Positions 57,603 to 64,000 of a stretch of DNA of 64,000 bases are shown here, one piece after another; the first letter of the stretch is position 1, and the number at the start of each line of letters is the position of its first letter. Made by a program: the position numbers and the translations under genes. Under the pieces are notes generated by a model. That model made no database searches and was not told the DNA's origin. It saw nothing but the letters and a program-made list of their open reading frames with translations. Source of the stretch: Candidatus Puniceispirillales bacterium (lineage in GTDB: Bacteria > Pseudomonadota > Alphaproteobacteria > Puniceispirillales > GCA-002684695); contig JBJLFF010000004.1 of NCBI GenBank assembly GCA_045565515.1, positions 1,359 through 65,358 of the forward strand. Reading direction: 5' to 3'.

Positions 57603-58844
57603 ATGCCTGCTTTGATTAAAATGCCATCTTTATCTCCAACAATGACAGAGGGCAAACTCTCTAGATGGTTGAAGAAAAAAGGAGATAAAATATCCTCTGG
57701 AGATGTTGTAGCTGAAATTGAAACAGATAAAGCAACTATGGAAATAGAAGCTGTAGATGATGGTATTTTGTATGAAATAACTGTTGACGCGGGTACAGAA
57801 AATATTCCAGTTGGTTCTTCACTAGCTATAATAAAAGAGGATAGTGATAGTGATGATGACATAATTTTAAATTTAAATAAAAACATTGAGAACGTTACTC
57901 AACATTCTAAAACTGTTGAAAAAAAAATTGATAAAGAAAAAGTTGAAACAAATGATATATCAAATTTTGATACATCCGTTGATAAAGAACATAGAATTAG
58001 AGTTTCCCCATTAGCTAAACGTTTGTCATTGCAAAATAGTATTCAATTAAAAGGTATAAAAGGTTCAGGTCCGAAGGGACGTATTATTAAAGTTGATATT
58101 GAAAATTTGATTAAATCAAAAAAGACTTCGAATGATGATGTAACTAAAGTAATTATTTCTGACAAAGATAATTTTTATGACAAACCCAATAGTGCAGTTA
58201 GAAAGGTTATTGCTCAAAGGCTATTAAATTCAGTTAATGAGGCACCACATTTCTTTTTATCTGTTGATTGTAATCTCACCAAAATTAATGAACTTAGAAA
58301 GCAAATTAATTCTGATAAATTTAAAATTTCTGTTAATGATTTTATTGTTAAAGCTTCAGCGAAAGCACTTAAGAAAGTTCCAAAGGCAAATTGCAGTTGG
58401 CATGAGAGTTTTATAAGATATTATAACAATTTTGATATATCTGTTGCTGTTGCTATTGATGACGGTCTAATTACTCCAATAGTTAAAAATGTTGAAAGTA
58501 AAGGCTTAGAAGAAATTTCTATTGAGATCAAAGAGTTGGCAATAAAAGCTAAGAATGGTGATTTATTGCCTGAAGAGTATCAGGGAGGTAATTTGACTGT
58601 ATCGAATTTAGGAATGTTTGGGGTCAAAAATTTTACAGCTATTTTAAACCCTCCACAAAGTATGATTATTGCTATTGGAAAAGCTGAACAAAAACCAATT
58701 GTTTTAAATAATAAAATTGTAATTTCGGACATAATGACAGTCACATTATCGTGTGACCATCGTGTAGTTGATGGTGCTTTAGGTGCAAAATGGCTTGATA
58801 GTTTTAAAAGTTATATAGAAAATCCCTCTTTAATGTTGTTGTAA
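57603..58844 (+). CDS. pdhC: Dihydrolipoamide acetyltransferase (E2) of pyruvate dehydrogenase
   Basis: Lipoyl domain ([13 protein letters not shown]), E3-binding domain (RVSPLAKRLS...GSGPKGRI), catalytic domain with SCDHRVVDGA. Confidence 0.92.
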   Translation: MPALIKMPSLSPTMTEGKLSRWLKKKGDKISSGDVVAEIETDKATMEIEAVDDGILYEITVDAGTENIPVGSSLAIIKEDSDSDDDIILNLNKNIENVTQHSKTVEKKIDKEKVETNDISNFDTSVDKEHRIRVSPLAKRLSLQNSIQLKGIKGSGPKGRIIKVDIENLIKSKKTSNDDVTKVIISDKDNFYDKPNSAVRKVIAQRLLNSVNEAPHFFLSVDCNLTKINELRKQINSDKFKISVNDFIVKASAKALKKVPKANCSWHESFIRYYNNFDISVAVAIDDGLITPIVKNVESKGLEEISIEIKELAIKAKNGDLLPEEYQGGNLTVSNLGMFGVKNFTAILNPPQSMIIAIGKAEQKPIVLNNKIVISDIMTVTLSCDHRVVDGALGAKWLDSFKSYIENPSLMLL

Positions 58845-58852
58845 TTGTAGAA

Positions 58853-60259
58853 ATGAAAAATTTTGATTTAGTAATTTTTGGGGGTGGTCCCGGCGGGTAT
58901 GTTTCAGCAATAAGAGCAAAACAGTTAGGGATCAATGTTCTTTTAGTTGAAAGTAAAGATCTTGGTGGCGTTTGTTTAAATTGGGGATGTATTCCCACGA
59001 AAGCATTGCTGAAAGTTAGTGAATTCAAAAATAGTATTAAAAAATTTGAGGAGTTTGGAATTTCAGTTAAAGGTGAAATTGCTTTTGATATTAAAGATAT
59101 TGTACAACGATCAAGAAATGTCTCTAAGCAGTTATCTATTGGAGTTAAACATCTATTAAAAAAAAATAATGTGGAAGTTATTAAAGGTTTTGGTTCTATT
59201 GTAGAAAATGATGAAAATATTATAATTAATGTTTTAAATGATCAAAGTGAAAATGTAAAAATTCAAACTAAAAATCTTATAATTGCTACTGGAGCTCAAC
59301 CTAAATTAATTCCTGGAGTAGATGTTAATAATCAGAACATATGGACTGCTAAAGAAGCCATGGTTCCAAAATCTTTACCAAAATCAATAACTATTATTGG
59401 TTCTGGTGCCATTGGAATGGAGTTTGCGAGTTTTTATAATGATATGGGAAGTAAAGTTACTGTTATAGAAATGAAAGATCGAATTTTACCAAATGAAGAT
59501 GAAGAAATTTCAGAAATGGCTAAATCATTATTTATTAAAAAAGGAATAAAATTTTTAAACAATTCATCTTTAGTTTCAGTTGATCATCTAAAAAATAATA
59601 TTATTTCAAAGGTTAAGGTTAATGAAAAAATCATTGATATTGAATCTGATAAATTATTAATTGCTATTGGGATTATAGGTAACACTGAAAATATGGGTTT
59701 AGAAAAAGCTGAAATTAAAATGTTAAATGGTCATATTGTTACTAATGAAAAAATGTGTACTAATATTCCAAATATTTATGCTATTGGAGATGTAACAGAT
59801 CCACCTTGGTTAGCCCATAAAGCATCTCATGAAGGTATAATAGCTGCAGAAATAATTGCAGGTATAAAAGAGGTTCATAAATTGGATAAAACTTCAATTC
59901 CCGCTTGTACCTATTCATATCCGCAAATTGCTTCAATAGGCCTTAATGAAAAGCAAGCTAGTGAAAAAGGTTTAAAAGTTAAAGTTGGTTCTTTTCCATT
60001 TTTAGGAAATGGAAAATCAATAACATTAGGCCAAAAAGATGGTTTTATTAAAACTTTATTTGATGAAGAAACTGGTGAATTAATTGGAGCCCATATGATT
60101 GGCGCTGAAGTAACTGAATTAATAAACAGCTTTAGTATTGCTAAAACACTTGAAACTACAGAAGTCGATATAATCAATACAGTTTTTGCACATCCAACTT
60201 TATCAGAGGCTATGCATGAATCTGTCCTTTCAGCTTACAATAAAGCCATTCATTTTTAG
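58853..60259 (+). CDS. lpdA: Dihydrolipoyl dehydrogenase (E3)
   Basis: GGGPGGY, redox-active [14 protein letters not shown]-terminal HAHPTLSEA. Confidence 0.93.
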   Translation: MKNFDLVIFGGGPGGYVSAIRAKQLGINVLLVESKDLGGVCLNWGCIPTKALLKVSEFKNSIKKFEEFGISVKGEIAFDIKDIVQRSRNVSKQLSIGVKHLLKKNNVEVIKGFGSIVENDENIIINVLNDQSENVKIQTKNLIIATGAQPKLIPGVDVNNQNIWTAKEAMVPKSLPKSITIIGSGAIGMEFASFYNDMGSKVTVIEMKDRILPNEDEEISEMAKSLFIKKGIKFLNNSSLVSVDHLKNNIISKVKVNEKIIDIESDKLLIAIGIIGNTENMGLEKAEIKMLNGHIVTNEKMCTNIPNIYAIGDVTDPPWLAHKASHEGIIAAEIIAGIKEVHKLDKTSIPACTYSYPQIASIGLNEKQASEKGLKVKVGSFPFLGNGKSITLGQKDGFIKTLFDEETGELIGAHMIGAEVTELINSFSIAKTLETTEVDIINTVFAHPTLSEAMHESVLSAYNKAIHF

Positions 60260-60273
60260 TATTGTTTAATATT

Positions 60274-61213
60274 ATGAAACCTTTAAGACATCCTGAAAAA
60301 CAAAAAAATCCTTCTTCATATTCTGTTAAAAAACCAGAATGGCTTAAAGTTAGAGCTCCTTCTTCTGATAATTGGAAAAAAGTTAAAAATTTAATGGATA
60401 CTAAAAAGTTAGTTACTGTTTGTGAGGAGGCTGCTTGCCCTAATATAGGTGAATGCTGGTCTAAAAAACATGCAACAATGATGATTTTAGGTGAAATATG
60501 TACTAGAGCTTGTGCTTTTTGTAACATTCAAACTGGAACACCAAAAGCAATTGATGTTTTTGAGCCAATTAGGGTTGCTGAAGCTGTTTACGATATGGGA
60601 CTTGAGCATGTTGTTATTACATCTGTTGACAGAGACGATCTCTCTGATGGAGGTGCTACTCAGTTTGCAAATACTATTACAGAAATTAAAAGTAAATCTC
60701 CGTTTACTACTATCGAAATTTTAACCCCTGACTTTAGAAATAAAAATAATGCTTTAGAAAAAGTTATGATTTCAAAACCTGATGTTTTTAATCATAATCT
60801 AGAAACTGTACCCAGTTTATATAATGAGGTAAGACCAGGTGCCAGATATTTTACATCTTTGCAACTTTTATACGATGCAAAGAAATTGATGCCTAATGTT
60901 TTCACAAAATCAGGTATAATGGTTGGCTTTGGTGAAACTAAGAAGGAAGTTTTACAGCTTATGGATGATTTAAGAGCTGCAGATGTTGATTTCTTAACTA
61001 TTGGTCAATATTTACAACCGACACCTAAACATTATCCAATAAAAGACTTTGTAACTCCCGATCTATTTGAAACATATATAAAAGCATGCCTTTGGTAAAG
61101 GCTTTTTGATGGTTTCATCTTCTCCATTGACTAGATCATCTTACCATGCGAGTGATGATTTTCAGAAACTAAAAAATAATAGAGACAAGCTTGAACTTGC
61201 AAGAAGTATTTAA
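60274..61213 (+). CDS. lipA: Lipoyl synthase, reading frame broken near the 3' end
   Basis: [13 protein letters not shown] and radical-SAM CTRACAFC clusters. The ORF stops at 61098, but a frame shifted by 1 nt continues [23 protein letters not shown]...* to 61213. Removing one A from the A4 run at 61080-61083 restores ...[15 protein letters not shown]... Confidence 0.9.
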
Positions 61214-61219
61214 GCTTTA

Positions 61220-61666
61220 ATGACAAAGCATAGTGAAATTAGAACTGTACCATATAAACCAGATAAGATGTTTGATTTGGTAGCAGATGTTGAAAAATAC
61301 CCAGAATTCCTTCCATGGTGCATCGCCTCAAGAGTTATTCAAAATGAGAAGACTTTACTGATTGCTGATCTAATGATTGGATTTCAAGTATTTAGAGAAA
61401 AGTTTAGAAGTAACGTCAATTTAGATAAAAAAAATATGACTATTGAGGTTTCTTATGAAGATGGTCCATTTAAATTTTTAACAAATAAGTGGGAATTTAA
61501 AAGCTACAAAGGACAATGTAAAATTTTATTTTATTTAGATTTTGAATTTAAAAATATTTTTTTGCAATCCTTGATGGAAAGACTTTTTTCTGAAGCAGTA
61601 AAAAAAATGGTAACTGCATTTGAACACAGAGCTGAAAAATTATATGATAAAAATATTATATCTTAA
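61220..61666 (+). CDS. SRPBCC (START/cyclase-dehydrase) protein, COQ10/RatA family
   Basis: 148 aa, family-typical N-terminus (..VPY.PDKMFDLVADVEKYPEFLPWC); conserved location next to lipA. Confidence 0.75.
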   Translation: MTKHSEIRTVPYKPDKMFDLVADVEKYPEFLPWCIASRVIQNEKTLLIADLMIGFQVFREKFRSNVNLDKKNMTIEVSYEDGPFKFLTNKWEFKSYKGQCKILFYLDFEFKNIFLQSLMERLFSEAVKKMVTAFEHRAEKLYDKNIIS

Positions 61667-62804
61667 TCATTACGGATGACATTACAGCTATACCTTCTTT
61701 TCTTCCTAAAAAACCAAGATTTTCAGTAGTAGTGCCTTTTATAGAAATTCTATCAGTTTTGAGACCTGTTAGAATGGATAAATTATCAGTTATTTTCTTG
61801 CTATATTTATAAATTTTAGGTTCCTCACAAATAACTGTTGCGTCAATATTTATAAGTTCCCCACCTTTCTTTTTAAGAATGTTCATTGATTTTTCTAAAA
61901 AAATAGCACTCTCTATATTCTTCCATTTTTTATCAGTAGGTGGAAAATGAATTCCAATATCACCTTTTGATATTGAACCTAGAATAGCATCTGTTATTGA
62001 ATGAAGTAAAACATCTGCATCAGAGTGTCCAATTAATCCATATTGATGGTCTATTTCAATGCCTCCAAGCACTAATTTTGAAGGCTTCAAAGAAAAAGCA
62101 TGGACATCAAATCCAGATCCTGTTCTGTATTCCTTATCTTCATTCATAATTTTCATGAGTAGCATATAATCCCATTTAGTTGTTATTTTTAAAAGTTTTT
62201 CTTTACCCGGAATGGTTTTCATTATCTTACCTTTTTTAAGTATAATTTCAGATTCATCGGTAGCATCTGGGTATTCTAAAAAATCACTAAATTTTAATGC
62301 ATTTGATTGAAAAACTTGGGGAGTTTGTATTCTAAATAAATTCTGTCTGTTTATAGATATATTCGTTTCTTTTTCATTCTTAAGTAAGCTATCATATTGA
62401 GGTAATAATGGTATAGCACATGATACATCTTTTTCTAAAATTTCAATTAATTTATCAATAATATCATGGTCAATACCTGGTCTTGCTGCGTCATGAATAA
62501 GTAATAAATTATCTGTACTAGGAAGACTATTCATACCATTAATTACCGACTGTTGCCTACTTTCTCCACCTAAAATAAATTTTATCTTTTTGTTGTTTAA
62601 TGAATTTGAATTGTAGGTGTCCATATAGTTCTTATCTACTACTACAACAAGCAAATCACATAAGTTATGATTGAAGATTTGATCAATACTATAATCTAGA
62701 ATTTGTTTTTTCCCCAAATATAAATACTGTTTTGGAACATCACTATTAAATCTTGAGCTTAAGCCAGCTGCTAGCAATATTGCATTAAATTTTTTTATAC
62801 TCAT
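61656..62804 (-). CDS. ispDF: Bifunctional IspD/IspF (MEP cytidylyltransferase / MEcPP synthase)
   Basis: N-terminal IspD (AILLAAGLSSRF, HDAARP) fused to C-terminal IspF (GSGFDVHAF, GHSDADVLLHSITDA). Confidence 0.92.
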   Translation of the reverse strand: MSIKKFNAILLAAGLSSRFNSDVPKQYLYLGKKQILDYSIDQIFNHNLCDLLVVVVDKNYMDTYNSNSLNNKKIKFILGGESRQQSVINGMNSLPSTDNLLLIHDAARPGIDHDIIDKLIEILEKDVSCAIPLLPQYDSLLKNEKETNISINRQNLFRIQTPQVFQSNALKFSDFLEYPDATDESEIILKKGKIMKTIPGKEKLLKITTKWDYMLLMKIMNEDKEYRTGSGFDVHAFSLKPSKLVLGGIEIDHQYGLIGHSDADVLLHSITDAILGSISKGDIGIHFPPTDKKWKNIESAIFLEKSMNILKKKGGELINIDATVICEEPKIYKYSKKITDNLSILTGLKTDRISIKGTTTENLGFLGRKEGIAVMSSVMIKI

Positions 62805-62907
62805 AGTCTCATTATAAAATTGATATTTAATAATTATAAAAACTATTCTAATCTAAGTTCATATAAGTTAAATTTAAAGATTATGATATATATAATAGTT
62901 AAACAAA

Positions 62908-63991
62908 ATGAACAATAATCAAAATTTTAATGCAAATTTTGAAAATATATTTAATATTATTCCATTTTCAATAATTATTTCTAATCAAAATCTAATTATT
63001 GAGTATTCTAATTTAATAGCTAAGGAGAAATTTAACTTTAATTTAAAGAGGGGTAGAAATATTAAACTATCAAGCATTTTTTCTGAAAACTCCTTATTTT
63101 TTGATACAATTAAAAGAGTAAAGATAGAAAAAAAAACCCATTTTTATCGATAAAGTAAACTTATCTGGCCCTTTATTTTTCTATCCTGATTTAGATGTTT
63201 ACATTTCAATTTTTGAGGATAATAAAATTGAAAAATTTATTATCATTGTAAATAATAAATTTTTAGATAAAGAGTATGAATCTGAATTTTCAAGTAACAA
63301 ATCTCTTTATGGTTTATCTAAGATGTTAGCTCATGAGATTAAAAACCCTTTGTCTGGAATTAGAGGATCCGCTCAATTATTATCATCTGAATTATCTGGC
63401 AATAATTATGAATTAACAAATATTATTATACAAGAAGCAGATAGAATTGATAAAATTATTAATAAAATTGAGCATTTATTTTCTAATGAATTAATAGAAT
63501 CAGAAAAATTAAATATTCATGAAATTATTGATCATGCCATTAAAATATCTCAATCTAGTTTCTCTAAAAAAGTGAATTTTAAAAAAATATATGACCCGTC
63601 ATTACCTTCAATAACAGGGAATAAAAATTTATTAATACAATCTTTTCTAAATATAATAAAAAATGCATGTGAAGCTATTGAAAATGATAGAAGAGGTATA
63701 ATTTGTATTAAAACTTTTTATTCGTTATGGGAGCCTAAAGCAAAATATCTTGGAAGCGTCAAAAGAATTACTCCTATACATATTGAAATTACAGATAACG
63801 GTAATGGTGTTCCAGATTTCATTAAAAATTCATTATTTAATCCATTTATTACATCAAAAAATAATGGTTCTGGTTTAGGCTTAACACAAGTAATTGGAGC
63901 TATGAATGCACACTCTGGAAAAGTAGAGTATTTGCATTCTAATACTGAAACTACTTTTAGACTAAGTTTTCCTGAAGAGAATTTAATATAA
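62908..63991 (+). CDS. NtrB-like PAS sensor histidine kinase, reading frame broken in an A9 run
   Basis: ORF 62908-63153 is a PAS-like N-terminus. The frame of ORF 63323-63991 (H-box LAHEIKNPLSGIRGSAQLL, N box, G boxes DNGNGVP / GSGLGL) stays open back to the A9 run at 63128-63136, and removing one A joins them. No TM segments, about 360 aa. An ATG overlapping the stop (63991) probably starts the partner response regulator. Confidence 0.75.
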
Positions 63992-64000
63992 TGAAGCATT

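Noticed and set aside
56278-57886. Antisense ORFs 56278-56586, 56935-57351 and 57581-57886 across pdhB/pdhC
   Set aside because: These are mirror frames of the lipoyl-domain and E1-beta coding sequence, and the two lipoyl-domain shadows are paralogous to each other for that reason. There is no independent start or RBS context.
61220-61666. RatA-type toxin of a toxin-antitoxin system
   Set aside because: There is no adjacent small antitoxin gene. The gene sits in the conserved lipA-neighbouring position typical of the housekeeping COQ10/SRPBCC family in alphaproteobacteria.

Overview
Visibly AT-rich alphaproteobacterial chromosome segment; G+C was not computed. Protein sequences and gene order resemble a streamlined marine SAR11/Pelagibacterales-type genome, which is an inference because no database search was possible. 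Conserved core blocks: bamA-skp-lpxD-fabZ-lpxA-lpxI-lpxB; gltA-gltX-lexA-moeA-moaC-trpC-trpD-trpG (minus strand); rplM-rpsI; acuI-hom-recJ-tRNA-Glu; trpE-ppiD (minus strand); tpiA-secG-pyrG-kdsA-eno-ftsB-pdhA-pdhB-pdhC-lpdA-lipA-COQ10-like; ispDF; an NtrB-like kinase. Two accessory-looking blocks interrupt the core. Block 1 (14.8-21.3 kb) holds DMT and MFS transporters, trhO, a 2OG-oxygenase/PuuB-like oxidase pair and a DadA-like dehydrogenase. Block 2 (25.6-46.4 kb) holds a secreted repeat protein, a TPR-methyltransferase, two ABC importers, a secreted HExxH protein, a methyl/sulfur module (methyltransferase, homocysteine S-methyltransferase, CysK-family enzyme, DUF1989), a TPR-linked class III cyclase, a class IV aminotransferase and small membrane proteins. 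Main observations follow. (1) A 43-nt decayed direct copy of the 3' half of tRNA-Glu lies 1.9 kb downstream of the intact gene. It is 33/43 identical, and most changes are GC to AT. It brackets an eroded island with no integrase left. (2) That island contains an orphan ORF that copies the C-terminal helix of the PotC-like permease encoded 5 kb away. (3) At least nine reading-frame disruptions occur. Most sit in homopolymer runs, and they hit essential genes (eno, lipA, lpxI), so sequence error is the most likely cause for most of them. A truncated SIS-domain gene and possibly the cyclase and the MFS gene look like real decay. (4) Perfect 12-bp and 15-bp hairpins follow the binding-protein gene of each ABC operon. 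(5) A 131-aa protein looks like a MotA/TolQ-type channel core without its cytoplasmic loop and without a partner gene. No CRISPR array, rRNA, transposase, integrase or recognisable defence system was seen. All functional calls rest on remembered family motifs and synteny, not on searches.
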